Shown: positions 17,060 through 27,377 of the stretch, one piece after another
Numbering within the stretch: the stretch's first letter is position 1
Layout of the letters: every line of letters starts with the position of its first letter
Origin: a virus
Taxonomy: Duplodnaviria; Caudoviricetes
Reading direction: 5' to 3' (one strand)
IMG/VR virus record: IMGVR_UViG_3300031949_001696
Length of the DNA stretch: 64,000 bases
Translations under genes and position numbers: made by a program
Notes under the pieces: generated by a model
Database searches by the model: none
Told to the model about the DNA's origin: nothing
The model's input: only the letters and a program-made list of their open reading frames with translations

Positions 17060-17836
17060 CTACTCGAGCTCGTGCGCAAAGAGGACGATACCCTGCCCCG
17101 CATCGTTGTATTCGCGCGCCCGGCGTTTCATGGCGTTCCAGATCGCGTTCGACAGCTTCGCGTCGTAGCCGGTTCCGAAGCCTTTGGGAGGATCGACATG
17201 GACTCCCTCGTCGAACCAGCCAACGCCGTGACCGAGCGACTGCATCGCTCCATAGTACCCGGCGAGTTCCGCGGAGAACTTGGCGGCGATCTCGTTCAGC
17301 TCCGCATCCGTGAGTTTCTTCTTCGCAGCCGTGGTGAACTTCTTGCCGACCGCACGAGCCGCTGCCGGTGGATCTGGCAGGACGTTTTCCCACGAGCCTC
17401 CGGCGCGCGGCGACAGCGCTCGTCGAGCATCGTCAGATTCGAGGTTCTCGACTTCGGTGGCGTAGCCATCGCCCCAGAACGCGTTCGTCGCCCCTTCGGT
17501 GAAGGAATCCCAGTCGTAGCTGTGCGTGCTTACCAGGCCTGCTTGCTTGTCGAAGACGATGCGTACGGACTTTGGCACCTTGCGGATGGCCTTCGAGAAG
17601 TCGTCCGGCATCTCCGCAGATCCGTGCTCTTTGCGGATGTCGCGCACGAGTGCCGCGGCCGTCGCCGGATCGTGTTCGAGAAGCGCGTCCCTCGCGACGT
17701 CCCACGATGCTTCTGCCGGAACCGTCGCGACCATCGTGGCGTGGTGGCGCTGTCGCGGTTGGCGTCGTCGTTCGAGCGCCTGGGCAATCTCTTTGTCGAG
17801 CTGGGCTCGCGACTTTCTTTGAGAGCTGCGCTTCAC
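17060..17836 (-). CDS. Hypothetical protein with N-terminal KSRAQLDKEIAQAL tag, HHAT and WDVARDALLEHD module
   Basis: N-terminal half homologous to 38046-38666. Confidence 0.75.
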   Translation of the reverse strand: MKRSSQRKSRAQLDKEIAQALERRRQPRQRHHATMVATVPAEASWDVARDALLEHDPATAAALVRDIRKEHGSAEMPDDFSKAIRKVPKSVRIVFDKQAGLVSTHSYDWDSFTEGATNAFWGDGYATEVENLESDDARRALSPRAGGSWENVLPDPPAAARAVGKKFTTAAKKKLTDAELNEIAAKFSAELAGYYGAMQSLGHGVGWFDEGVHVDPPKGFGTGYDAKLSNAIWNAMKRRAREYNDAGQGIVLFAHELE

Positions 17837-17846
17837 GGTTAGTTCC

Positions 17847-18129
17847 TTGCCTGTCCGGTTAGAGTCATGTTCGCCACTTGTTCCAAATAGCTAGCGCTTC
17901 CGGTGTTTGCGGGGGCACATCTTCGGCTGGGCAGTCTAGATCGTGTGCGCCGAATGCTTCGACGTAAGGCGTGTCGCCATCGCCGTCGCCGGGGGCGGTA
18001 CCGCAAGTGCAGGCCGGAATCACGTGAGCTTCCTCGCCGAATGGCGAGCGAAGCGCAGTCTCGATGTCGTCCGTTATGTCGTCCGTTATTCCGACGTCGG
18101 GCGCCTTGGGTGTCAACCGGATAAGCATG
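17847..18129. mobile_element. Non-autonomous TIR-bounded cargo cassette 1
   Basis: Ends TTGCCTGTCCGGTTAG... and ...TTGGGTGTCAACCGGATAAGCATG; flanked by direct repeat GTTAGTTCC (17838-17846, 18130-18138). Confidence 0.65.
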
Positions 18130-18385
18130 GTTAGTTCCGTTCCCGAGGCGAGGGCTTTTTGTTTGTGCCGACGATCGCCCCGACGGCTACGCTGACGACG
18201 AAGACTCCGATCAAGAAGATCCAGTTCATGCGACATGTTTCTTCCGCGATCGCCCGCAGAGGAAGCACCCCGTGTACGCGCGATCACCGCTCGCATACGG
18301 GGTGTCACCGGCGCTGAGGTAGGCGTGATCGAGGACCACGGCGCGAGGGTCAGCCTTCTTGGACGTGTCCTTCTCGCGCTGCACG

Positions 18386-18934
18386 CTAGTTTCCTTCCTC
18401 GGCGCGACGATCGCGTTCCTGTCGCGCGATGTCGAGAGCTGTTTCGAGCCCCGTGTCGCAGAGCGTGCCGAACAGATCGGTGAGGTGCTCGCGGAGCTCT
18501 GCGTGATACGTGTCGTTGTGCTCGACGTGCTGAGGCGTCACGACGAAGCCTTGCTCTGGTTCGATGACCGTAGGCTGCTCGACGACGATCGTAGTCCGTG
18601 CGGGCTGCGCGCTAGGAGCAACGCGCTTGATGAGCGCGCTCAGCTCTTCGCCGATCTCGGCGATCGCGTCGTTGGCGACCGCGATCCGAAGGCGCAGGGT
18701 CTTGCCGCGGCGGATCTCGAAGTGAGTGAGGCGGCCCCGCGGACCGCGGGGCTTCTTGCGCGAAGGGGGCACGACTCCGCCTTTATACTCGTCGTAGGGA
18801 CGTGTCTCCTTCGAACCTCGGAGAGACTCCGGGGCCCTACTCCGAAGAGACTCCGGGGCCCTACTCCGAAGAGACTCCGGTGCCCTACCCCGAAGAGACT
18901 CCTGCGCCCTGCCTCGAAGAGACTTGCGCGTCAT
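18386..18934 (-). CDS. Hypothetical protein with N-terminal 8-aa repeats (RAPESLR[G/S])
   Basis: 24-nt tandem repeat at ~18817-18925. Confidence 0.6.
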   Translation of the reverse strand: MTRKSLRGRAQESLRGRAPESLRSRAPESLRSRAPESLRGSKETRPYDEYKGGVVPPSRKKPRGPRGRLTHFEIRRGKTLRLRIAVANDAIAEIGEELSALIKRVAPSAQPARTTIVVEQPTVIEPEQGFVVTPQHVEHNDTYHAELREHLTDLFGTLCDTGLETALDIARQERDRRAEEGN

Positions 18935-19181
18935 CGACGTCTCCCGCCGCCGCGCTGGATGCCGAGTAGCTCGTAGATGTAGCCGCGCGTGAGACCCGAG
19001 TTGGCCGCCGGCCAGCCATACCGCGCGCGCCAGTCGTCGATCGTCTTCAGGATGCCGGGGTAGCGCTTGTCCTTCACGAGTTTCATCGCCTCGGGAAGTG
19101 TCAGACCAAACTTCGTCATGTCGAACTTCGCGGCCAGCCGGAAGTCGGCTTCGGTGAGGACGTCGCCCATCTCGTTTCGCT

Positions 19182-19691
19182 TCATCGGTACTTCCAGAGG
19201 TCTGCCAGGTCGGTCGTCGCGCCGACGCCCTTGTAGCCTTCGATCGATCGGATCTTCGCACGATCACCCTCGATCGCAACGACGACGAAGGTGCCTCCGT
19301 AGCCGTCTTTGTAGCGGACGAGGTCTCCCACCTGGATCTTTGTGCTGCGCCCCGCGATCGACTTCTTCATCGTCGCGTGCGCGCGCGATGTCGGCGAGGA
19401 TTTCTTTGAGCGCGGCGACCGACGAATCAAGAAGCCCGTCAGGTCCTCGTCGTACTCCGCCTCGTCGCTGATTCCGCCGATCTCGTGATCGGCGAACGCG
19501 AGCGCGCTCGACGCGACTTCGTCGTACGCCTTGGGCGAATCGTACGCGATGCCGGGCCCGAAGCCGGCATACGCGGGATTCACGATGCCTCGCCACAGGA
19601 GCTTGCCGCCACGGCTCACGGCTGTGCGGTAGTGGTTCCTGTCGTCGTAGACGATGCTGATCTGGAGGCTGCCTGAGTAACGCTTGGCCAT
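19182..19691 (-). CDS. Two-module hypothetical protein joined by basic RAHATMKK linker; C-terminal KOW/SH3-like
   Basis: IQVGDLVRY...FVVVAIEGDRAKI. Confidence 0.6.
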   Translation of the reverse strand: MAKRYSGSLQISIVYDDRNHYRTAVSRGGKLLWRGIVNPAYAGFGPGIAYDSPKAYDEVASSALAFADHEIGGISDEAEYDEDLTGFLIRRSPRSKKSSPTSRAHATMKKSIAGRSTKIQVGDLVRYKDGYGGTFVVVAIEGDRAKIRSIEGYKGVGATTDLADLWKYR

Positions 19692-20685
19692 TGCTTGGAT
19701 CCTATCGGTGCGTACCCCAGCCGGCGAACTTCTTTACAAGCTTTCGCTCTCGGTGCAGCTCTCATGCGCGATCTGGAAGTCGCGCTTCCAGGCGTAGAGC
19801 TTGGCGTCGAAGTCGGGAGGCGCATGGCTCGCGAGCGCGTCACCGCGCGTCCCTCGGTGGTATGCGATCACCATCGCGGCCGGCATCTCCAGCACGTCCT
19901 CCGCGCCGCAGCGCGTGCACTTCTGGAGTAGCTTCGCGCCGCCGTTGAGCGGCTTGGTGCCGATCCACCGCGCCGCCGGTGATCGTCCCAGCTCCTCCGC
20001 CGCTCGAGTAGCTTCGTCGCGGTTCATTGCGCCACTAGATCCGCGAGCGTGTCGCGCAGGTTCCACAGCGCGCGCAGAGCGCGGCGGCGCGGCGGCCAGT
20101 CCTTCAAGAGGTAGCGCCGCGGCGTCAGCGCGTCGTGGTGGTGCTTCGTGCGGCTCACGGTGGGCTCTCGCTCACGTGGCGTGGCGGTACGGTCGGGCAG
20201 CTCGCACGGATCTCCTTGAGCTGTTGCTCGATCCCCTCCAGCGCGTGGGCCTGTCGGTAGCTGAACGATTGTCCGACACACGACATGACCGACGCTCCGA
20301 GGCCGATGCCGGCGATCAGTCCCGCGATGAGGAGCTTCTTTCGCAGGGTGCTCTTGCTTGATGGAGGTTCGGGCAACGGCATCCCGGAGGCCACGAGCAG
20401 CCGCTCGAAATCCTCGGGGGATATGTCCGGCGCGACCTGTGGTGGTCCTTGCGACGCGTCGCTCACGCGCGGACTTCCTTGGCGATGCGCTCCCAGCGGC
20501 GGAGCAGATCGTCCGACGAGGTAAGGCGCTTCTGAAGATCGCGCGCGACGAAGTCGGTGGACGCGGGATGCTTGGCAGTACGGGACGCATGGTCGGTCGC
20601 GGGGTTCACGGGGGCATCCTACCTGACGGAATCGACGACCGACTAGTGAAGAGAGATCTCCCCCGTCGCGATAAGCTCTCGGCGC

Positions 20686-21045
20686 ATGAGCGCCTGGAGC
20701 AAGATCGACGAGCTTTGCCGTAGCGTGGCCGACCGTCCCGTCATCGAGATCGAGGCCGGTCCGATCAAGACGGTCAAGGACGCGCAGGCCGCTCTCAAGG
20801 ACATCGACTTCAAGCCGGATCGTCGCGTCGTCATGGGCTGGGAGATCCTTTTGTCGCGGCGCAAGCAAGATGGCGTCGTGCTCTGGCACTTCTCGGCCAA
20901 GCTTCATCCGCACGGCAGATCGTCGACGGAGAACGACTGGAAGGTCCTCGGCAAGATCGCCGCCCGCGTCAAAGCTCCTCGTGATCCGGTGCTCACACCA
21001 GAGGATCCGAGCGCGGTGATCCACTGGTCGTGGACCGAGCAGTGA
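20686..21045 (+). CDS. Hypothetical protein
   Basis: ORF with natural composition. Confidence 0.6.
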   Translation: MSAWSKIDELCRSVADRPVIEIEAGPIKTVKDAQAALKDIDFKPDRRVVMGWEILLSRRKQDGVVLWHFSAKLHPHGRSSTENDWKVLGKIAARVKAPRDPVLTPEDPSAVIHWSWTEQ

Positions 21046-21049
21046 TGCC

Positions 21050-21403
21050 ATGCGCGCCGTCGATCAGACGACCTACGGATCCGCCGATGGCAACTGTTTC
21101 AGCGCGTGCGTCGCGTCGATCCTGGAGATTCCGCTCGAAGAGGTCCCGCGTTTTATGGGTGTCAGCTGGCCGTTTTTGCGATGGCTCGCGGACCGCGGCT
21201 TGTCGGCGTCGCGCTACAAGCGTGTCGACTACGTACCGTTGGGCTACTCGATCGCGACTGGGTCTTCGATGCGCTTTGCGGGCAAGATGCACGCGTGCGT
21301 CGCGCTCGATGGAATCGTCGTCCATGATCCACATCCCAGCCGCGAGGGTCTTCCCTTCGGTGTCGTGGACTACATCGTGATCCACGAATTCCGCGGCCTC
21401 TGA
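21050..21403 (+). CDS. Phage protein with a papain/C39-like Cys-His-Asp pattern
   Basis: VDQT..GNCFSACVASIL, HACV, VHDPHP. Confidence 0.55.
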   Translation: MRAVDQTTYGSADGNCFSACVASILEIPLEEVPRFMGVSWPFLRWLADRGLSASRYKRVDYVPLGYSIATGSSMRFAGKMHACVALDGIVVHDPHPSREGLPFGVVDYIVIHEFRGL

Positions 21404-21501
21404 CCCGTCGACCCGTCGGGGCCGTCGGGGATCGGCATAACTGCACGTCGGCGAGAGGAAGGGACTGCTCGCGGCCAGGCTTCTTGAGGTAAACCTGCGG
21501 C

Positions 21502-22059
21502 ATGCAGATGCGGATGACCGACGTCGATCACCTGGCCACGTCTACCGACATGGTGGATGTCTTGAAGCAGCTCACGAAGATCATGCGCGACGTCGAGTCG
21601 CTGCCCGACAACGCGCAAACGCGCTTCTGGGACGACACGCAGCAAGATATCGGCGAGGTTTCTGTCGAGGATCTTCGCGTCGGTCAAATGAGCACGCGCT
21701 CGGTCACCGTGCTCTACAACATCCTCGCCAACATGTGCGGCCCCAAGCTCGCCGAGATGGTGAACGGACAGATCACCGAATACTACGAGCGCATGCTGGA
21801 GCAGCTGAAGACGGTCTCCCAGTGGGACACGTTCCTCGACGAGCAGTTCGAGGAGGCCAAGAGTGCGGGACGTGAAGAAAGCCTCGTGGCAGAGGTGACG
21901 CTACACGGTGCCCGTACAATCGGACAGGGCACCGTGCGACGTGTCGGCGGCAACTCGAAGCTCCTGACGTTGACGACGCCGGATCGTACGGTGCGTCACT
22001 TCTCGAGCAAGGATGTCAGCATGATGGTGATCACGCCGACAGCGGACGCGACGCTCTGA
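21502..22059 (+). CDS. Hypothetical protein
   Basis: 185-aa ORF with strong GC3 codon usage. Confidence 0.65.
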   Translation: MQMRMTDVDHLATSTDMVDVLKQLTKIMRDVESLPDNAQTRFWDDTQQDIGEVSVEDLRVGQMSTRSVTVLYNILANMCGPKLAEMVNGQITEYYERMLEQLKTVSQWDTFLDEQFEEAKSAGREESLVAEVTLHGARTIGQGTVRRVGGNSKLLTLTTPDRTVRHFSSKDVSMMVITPTADATL

Positions 22060-22122
22060 TCGTCCTGATCACGTGGCGCCGCAGATCGTTCGCGGTGCAA
22101 CACCGGTGTTGGATGTAAGCTG

Positions 22123-22506
22123 TTGCACGTGTCGAGGCGCTACGTCGCGGTGATCATCGAAGACGCACATGGACGCGTGCTGCTTCTCCTACGCGGACCT
22201 ACGGCGCCGTGGATGCCGAACCGCTGGAACTTGCCCGGCGGCGGAGTCGAGCACGGCGAATCGACCTTCGATGCCGCGCGGCGTGAGACGCTCGAAGAGA
22301 CGGCGCTGCGCGTTTATTCGCTCTCGCCGATCACGCGGATCGGCGAGCTCGACGTGTTCCGCGCCGATGATTGGGAAGGCCGCGTGCGCCTGGTCGACCG
22401 CGAGCACACGCGTTCGGCGTGGGTGCCCAGAGAGATCGCGTGGACGTGGGACCTGATCCCGCCGCAGCGCGAAGCGTTGCGCTACTACGCGCGCGCCTCA
22501 GCGTAG
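22123..22506 (+). CDS. NUDIX hydrolase
   Basis: Nudix box [25 protein letters not shown]. Confidence 0.92.
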   Translation: MHVSRRYVAVIIEDAHGRVLLLLRGPTAPWMPNRWNLPGGGVEHGESTFDAARRETLEETALRVYSLSPITRIGELDVFRADDWEGRVRLVDREHTRSAWVPREIAWTWDLIPPQREALRYYARASA

Positions 22507-22938
22507 CGTCTTGAGCGCCGCGGCGACGGTCTTGACGCGGTGCTGCTTCTCGACGCTCGGGACTAGCTCTTTCAGGCGCTCTCCGTTACTGCCCTGGAGG
22601 ATCAGATCGACGGCCACGCGCTCTGCGTCTTCTAGTTGATCGAGCAGGTCGCGCGGCGGCTTGGTGAAGCGGACGGCTTCGTACGAGTACCAGATCGCGC
22701 CGCTCCGACCGTCTGACGTCCGCGAGACGAGGAAGGCGACCTCGCCGGGTTCGGACGGGCGCTCCTTGTCGAAGAAGTGCATGCCACCGGACGTGTTCAC
22801 GCCGACGACGTAGCCGAAGCGTTTGCCGCGTGTGTTGTCTCCTCGCGTCTTGAACAAGATCTCGACGCGCTTGCCGGGCTTGGTCCAGCTCGTCGTTCCA
22901 GGCGCCTTAGACATCTCGCGTACGGAGGGTCCGCTCAT
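22498..22938 (-). CDS. Hypothetical protein
   Basis: ORF coupled to 22935-23147. Confidence 0.55.
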   Translation of the reverse strand: MSGPSVREMSKAPGTTSWTKPGKRVEILFKTRGDNTRGKRFGYVVGVNTSGGMHFFDKERPSEPGEVAFLVSRTSDGRSGAIWYSYEAVRFTKPPRDLLDQLEDAERVAVDLILQGSNGERLKELVPSVEKQHRVKTVAAALKTLR

Positions 22939-23397
22939 AGGGGTACCAAGCTCGTCGCGTCGAGCCAGCCGCTCACGTCGCGTTGGCTCCGCAAGTGTGC
23001 TCGCCAGTACGGATTGCCACGCGTCCCGAGGTTCTTGACCTCGTCGACGATCAGCGTCGCATCTTTGTAGAAGGGCGGCATGCGGAAGTCGGATACGACG
23101 ACGTCGCCGGGCGAGAGTGGCGGTATTCCACGAGGTCCACGAGGCACGGCTCTTGGACTTTAGCCTCGCATAGCCAGTTTCTTGAAGCCACTTCCCGCGA
23201 TCAGCTACGCTAGATCCATGCTCAAGCGCACCCAGATCATCGTGCCGATGGGCGCGTGTCCCTACAATCCGCCCGTCATTCCGACGAGCACCGTTGTTCT
23301 CTTGAGCATCGATACGGGGCCGCTGCCGATCTGCCAGGCGCTGCCGTGCTTCTCGGGTCGGCGACGGCGATGCCGGTAGATCTGATAGGCTGACCTC

Positions 23398-23847
23398 GTG
23401 ACCAAGTCCACCAAGCAGCTTGAGGATGACATCGCGGAGTCACTCGCAACCGCGAAGGCTCGCGAGATCTCAGAGCGGCGCATCGCGGCCCTGATCGCGA
23501 AGGGGGAAGACGTTCGCAATACGCCGGCGTGGCGCGACGCGATGTCCGAAAGCCGGATGATTCGCTTTCGATCGGGACCAACTCGGCCCGGTATTGACCG
23601 CTCCAAGCACACGCGTGTCGACATCCGCTGGTACGCGATCCCCAACGAGAACAAGGCATCTGGCGGGTTCCTCCCCGTGATCGAAGAGGACGGCAAGGTC
23701 CGCGGCGATACGTGGTCTGGCCGCGGTTACGGCAAGGCCGAAGCCGAAGCGATGGCAGAAGCGAAGGCTCACGAAGCCGCATCGCGGTTCACTGGAGATT
23801 GGAACGTTACCGTCAGGAAGGGCCGAGCCAAGGAGCACGCCCGGTGA
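23398..23847 (+). CDS. Hypothetical protein with N-terminal KSTKQLEDDIAESL tag
   Basis: TAGGCT 6 nt before GTG; shared motif. Confidence 0.7.
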   Translation: MTKSTKQLEDDIAESLATAKAREISERRIAALIAKGEDVRNTPAWRDAMSESRMIRFRSGPTRPGIDRSKHTRVDIRWYAIPNENKASGGFLPVIEEDGKVRGDTWSGRGYGKAEAEAMAEAKAHEAASRFTGDWNVTVRKGRAKEHAR

Positions 23848-24455
23848 AGCGCAAGTACGGCAAGAAGGCATCCGAGAAGGTCGAGCGCGCGCTGCACGAG
23901 ATGAAGCGCGGCACGCTACGGAGCGGTCGATCGGGTAGGAAGGTCACGAGTCGCGCGCAGGCGATCGCGATTGGTCTTTCGCAAGCGCGCCGCGCGGGCG
24001 GCAAGGTACCGCCTGCGCCTGGGCACGCCACGAAGTATCGGCCAAAGTACGGTGATGAGGCGGGTGCCTGGGAGAGTGGCTTCCAGTACGGATCGGAGGC
24101 CGCCCGCCACGAGACGCGCGCGACCGCGCGTGCGATCTTGGGCCAGCTTCGAGCGCAGGCGCGTACGGATTTCGATCGTGGTCAGGTCGCGGCGTACGAG
24201 CGCATGCTCGGTGATCATGGCTCCACGTCGCGTCACCACGCCAGCCGGAAGAAGTACCCGTACATCGCGTACTGGGTTCGCACCCGCGGCGGTCCGCGCA
24301 GCTCGTGGGACATCATGCCCATCTACGTCCTCGGTACGACGACGCGCGCTGACGAGGGCATCGTCGGTCATGATCTGCGCGTCCGCCCGCTCCATCTTGG
24401 CAAGGGTCCCTACACGGTGGTCATCTCGCCCGATGACGTGGAAGATCGGCCGTGA
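23844..24455 (+). CDS. DUF6496-like N-terminal domain protein with GHATK/HHASRKK-linked modules
   Basis: KYG.KA..KVE..LHE.K.GTLRSGRSG.KVTSR.QAIAIGLS.AR..G.KVP. Confidence 0.7.
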   Translation: MKRKYGKKASEKVERALHEMKRGTLRSGRSGRKVTSRAQAIAIGLSQARRAGGKVPPAPGHATKYRPKYGDEAGAWESGFQYGSEAARHETRATARAILGQLRAQARTDFDRGQVAAYERMLGDHGSTSRHHASRKKYPYIAYWVRTRGGPRSSWDIMPIYVLGTTTRADEGIVGHDLRVRPLHLGKGPYTVVISPDDVEDRP

Positions 24456-24775
24456 AGACGATCGGACAGACGAGCAGCGGCAAGCCGATCTATGCCGCTT
24501 TCCAGTTGCATCGGAACTTCGACGGTTGGACGGCTGACGATCACGCCGATGCCGCCGAGGTGCATCGCGGCGCGGTTCGCAGTGACATCAAGACGAACGT
24601 GTCCATGCACGAGAACTCTGCGGCGCTCCACGGCGAAGAGATGCAGCGGATCTACAGGGCGGTCGAGAAGCTGGGCTTGGCGCCCGCCGCGGGCAAGAAG
24701 AAGAGTCACGCGCAGCTCGACCGCGAGATCGCCAAAGCGCTAGCTGGCCGTCGGACAGCTAGTAGCAGACGCTGA
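24452..24775 (+). CDS. Hypothetical protein with C-terminal [15 protein letters not shown] tag
   Basis: IG.T.SGKPIY N-terminus; shared motif. Confidence 0.7.
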   Translation: MKTIGQTSSGKPIYAAFQLHRNFDGWTADDHADAAEVHRGAVRSDIKTNVSMHENSAALHGEEMQRIYRAVEKLGLAPAAGKKKSHAQLDREIAKALAGRRTASSRR

Positions 24776-24782
24776 TCGCCGT

Positions 24783-26030
24783 TCCGAAAAGCACTTTTCT
24801 TGCCCTGTTCGCACGAGATCTCTACCGTCGTCGTATGACCGAAGTGCAACGTCTTCCTGCCATTTGCCCCCCCGACGACTGCGAGGGCGAGCGCGGCGAG
24901 CGAGGCAAGCGCGGTCACCGCGGACATGACGGTCCGACAGGTCCGACAGGTCCGACAGGTCCGACAGGAACGACGGGCGTCGGCAGTACGGGTCCGACGG
25001 GTCCGACAGGTCCGACGGGCCCAACAGGATCAATCGGCTTGACGGGACCGACCGGCACAACTGGCGTCGGTACGACCGGACCCACAGGACCGACGGGGCC
25101 GAGCGACGGACCGACAGGCCCGACGGGCCCAACAGGATCGATCGGCCTCACGGGACCGACCGGCGCGACCGGTAGCGGCAGCACCGGTCCCACCGGTCCC
25201 ACAGGACCGACGGGGCCGAGCGACGGACCGACGGGCCCGACGGGGTCCACAGGACCGACGGGGCCGAGCGACGGACCGACGGGCCCGACGGGGTCCACAG
25301 GGCCCATAGGGCCCACAGGGCCCGCCGAAGCCGTCGCTCCACTGATTGCCGCCGCACGGGTCAATGCTGATGGCACCTTCGTCGCGCAGCAGGGTTTCGT
25401 CGGACCTATCACGCACGTTCCCGGATCCGGCGTGTACGAAATCACGCTGGTGACTCTTCCGGTAGACACTGACAATCTCGCGATCAACGTCACGCAAGTG
25501 GCCAATGGCTCACCTGGCGTCGGCGGCGAAGAGACCGCTGGTTTCGTTGCTCCAGGCGTCATCGCGGTCGTTACCTTCGATTCGACAGGTACGGCAGCAG
25601 ACCGTGGCTTCATGATCACTGTCTACGACCTGAATTGACTCGACGGTTGGCGGTTGGCGTCGACTAGCAAACTTTGGATCTGGGCGGATCGGTCACGTCC
25701 GGCCCTGTCGTTGACGGCTAAGACCGTGGCTTCATGATCACTGTCTTCGACCTGAATTGACCCGACGGCGTTTTTGATCGCGGTCAGCTGCGTCAGCTGC
25801 GTGATCGCGCTCCCTCCATCGTTGTCGTGGACGCCGTCTTACGCGGTCGCCAGTACGCCAGTGCGCGGATCGTTGATCACTGCTCATCGCGTGCCCGGTC
25901 CGAAAAGCACTTTTCTTGCCCTGTTCGCACGAGATCTCTACCGTCGTCGTATGACCGAAGTGCAACGTCTTCCTGCCATTTGCCCCCCTGACGACTGCGA
26001 GGGCGAGCGCGGCGAGCGTGGCAAGCGCGG
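24783..26030 (+). repeat. ~130-bp direct repeat (24783-24913 / 25899-26030) covering promoter and N-terminal coding region
   Basis: Near-identical, with two synonymous differences; includes GAAAAG-CA-CTTTTC palindrome and TTGCCC-17-TACCGT. Confidence 0.92.
24835..25638 (+). CDS. Collagen-like (GPT)n protein with C-terminal beta domain, a fibre/spike candidate
   Basis: Roughly 40 Gly-X-Y triplets, mostly GPT. Confidence 0.9.
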   Translation: MTEVQRLPAICPPDDCEGERGERGKRGHRGHDGPTGPTGPTGPTGTTGVGSTGPTGPTGPTGPTGSIGLTGPTGTTGVGTTGPTGPTGPSDGPTGPTGPTGSIGLTGPTGATGSGSTGPTGPTGPTGPSDGPTGPTGSTGPTGPSDGPTGPTGSTGPIGPTGPAEAVAPLIAAARVNADGTFVAQQGFVGPITHVPGSGVYEITLVTLPVDTDNLAINVTQVANGSPGVGGEETAGFVAPGVIAVVTFDSTGTAADRGFMITVYDLN

Positions 26031-26751
26031 ACATCGAGGAGCCACGGGACCGACGGGCCCGGCGGGCCCCGAATCAGGAGCGTTGCTCGGTCGCCAGGTG
26101 TTCAACGTGGCTGGCAACGGCACGTACACACCTACGCCAGGTGCGCGCTCGGCGATCGTACGCGGCTGCGGCGGCGGTGGTGGGGGTGGCGGCGTCGGAC
26201 CGTCTGGTGCGAACGACGCGGCTGGCGTCTCGGGTGGGAACTCTGGGACTGCCATCGAGGTCGAGGTAGTGGCGCCGCTTAACACGCTTCTGACTGGTGG
26301 ACCCATCACGGTCGGGGCCGGCGCTCCGGGCATGGTGGGCAATAGCTCTGTCCAGACCGGGGGTGATTCGACGCTCGTGATTGGTGGCGTGACGCTGACG
26401 GCTCCTGGTGGAGTTGGAGGCAACTCGGGTGGTAATGGTTTCCTCATTCCCAACGTCGTCGGGTCGCCGCCTCCGAACGCGCCAGCCATCGGAGTTGACT
26501 ATCAGGCTGCTGATCCGGGTGGGTATGGCTTTGCAAACACGCTCAACAACGTCGCTCTCCGTGGCGGCGACGGTGGAAGTGGCGACTTCGGTATCGGTGG
26601 GCTCGGTAGCAATGGCCTCGTCAGTAACGGCAACAACGCGAGCGGCAACGGTGCAGGGGGTGGCGGAGCGTCGCAGCGGGGTGGTCAGCTCGCTGACGTC
26701 ACCGGCGGCGCCGGTACGCCGGGCCTCTGGATCATCGAAGAATACGCGTGA
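25951..26751 (+). CDS. Short-collagen, glycine-rich domain protein; N-terminus paralogous to 24835 gene
   Basis: Identical first 30 aa; G.YTP.PG...GGGGGG...G..G..IIEEY glycine-rich tail-associated pattern. Confidence 0.85.
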   Translation: MTEVQRLPAICPPDDCEGERGERGKRGHRGATGPTGPAGPESGALLGRQVFNVAGNGTYTPTPGARSAIVRGCGGGGGGGGVGPSGANDAAGVSGGNSGTAIEVEVVAPLNTLLTGGPITVGAGAPGMVGNSSVQTGGDSTLVIGGVTLTAPGGVGGNSGGNGFLIPNVVGSPPPNAPAIGVDYQAADPGGYGFANTLNNVALRGGDGGSGDFGIGGLGSNGLVSNGNNASGNGAGGGGASQRGGQLADVTGGAGTPGLWIIEEYA

Positions 26752-26819
26752 GCATGCCCCTCGGTGAAGATCCCGGAGCACAACACCTCGCGTGAACATC
26801 ACACGCGTGTGATAGGCAC

Positions 26820-27377
26820 ATGGGCATGTTACTCGACCTCATCGTCTCCTTCGTTGCGATGTTCGTGACCCCGGACGCCGCGCGGGGACTCTCCTCGACG
26901 GCACCCGCATACATCGACGAGGACTCCGCCCGCCAGCACCTGGCGGCCGCCGTGGTCGCGGGCGTGATGACCAAGACCAAACCCGAGACGCTGCTCGCGA
27001 TCGCGTGGCACGAGTCGCGTTACAAGTACGACGCGATCACGCGAGAACCGCCGGATCCGGTCACGCGACAGGCGCGATGGAGCTGTGGCGTGCTAACGCC
27101 CGAGCCGATCACGGACCGAAGAGCCTGTGAAGTGATCGCGGGCAGTCTCGCGAGGGGCTATCTCGCCGGCGCGCGCCACCTGCGCGCCTGGCTCGACGCT
27201 TGCGGCGATCACTCCGGGTGCGCGCTCTTGGGCTTCGCAGGGGCCGCGACCCACGACTGCGCAAACTCGCCGACGCGTGCCTGCGTCGCGGCCCGAGACT
27301 TCGCCGTGCGGTCGATGTGGATCACGCGCGTGCTCCGTCCCGCGAAGTCCCGGCGGGAGAAGCCGCCGCTTAGCTGA
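26820..27377 (+). CDS. Lytic transglycosylase (SLT)-like protein with N-terminal hydrophobic segment
   Basis: PETLLAIAWHESRY catalytic-Glu motif, SCG.L, GA.HL..W. Confidence 0.65.
   Translation: MGMLLDLIVSFVAMFVTPDAARGLSSTAPAYIDEDSARQHLAAAVVAGVMTKTKPETLLAIAWHESRYKYDAITREPPDPVTRQARWSCGVLTPEPITDRRACEVIAGSLARGYLAGARHLRAWLDACGDHSGCALLGFAGAATHDCANSPTRACVAARDFAVRSMWITRVLRPAKSRREKPPLS

Noticed and set aside
18106-18138. Xer dif/pdif or integron attC sites
   Set aside because: CCGGATAA-6 nt-TTA resembles a XerC arm, but no TTATGTTAA XerD arm is conserved and there is no attC hairpin; inverted ends with 9-bp duplications fit transposition better, though this is not fully excluded
24915-25619. Minus-strand (GPV)n collagen ORF
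   Set aside because: Mirror translation of the plus-strand GPT repeat
25599-25768. Diversity-generating retroelement VR/TR pair
   Set aside because: Only 48 bp with two differences, not at adenines of the non-coding copy; no reverse transcriptase in the window
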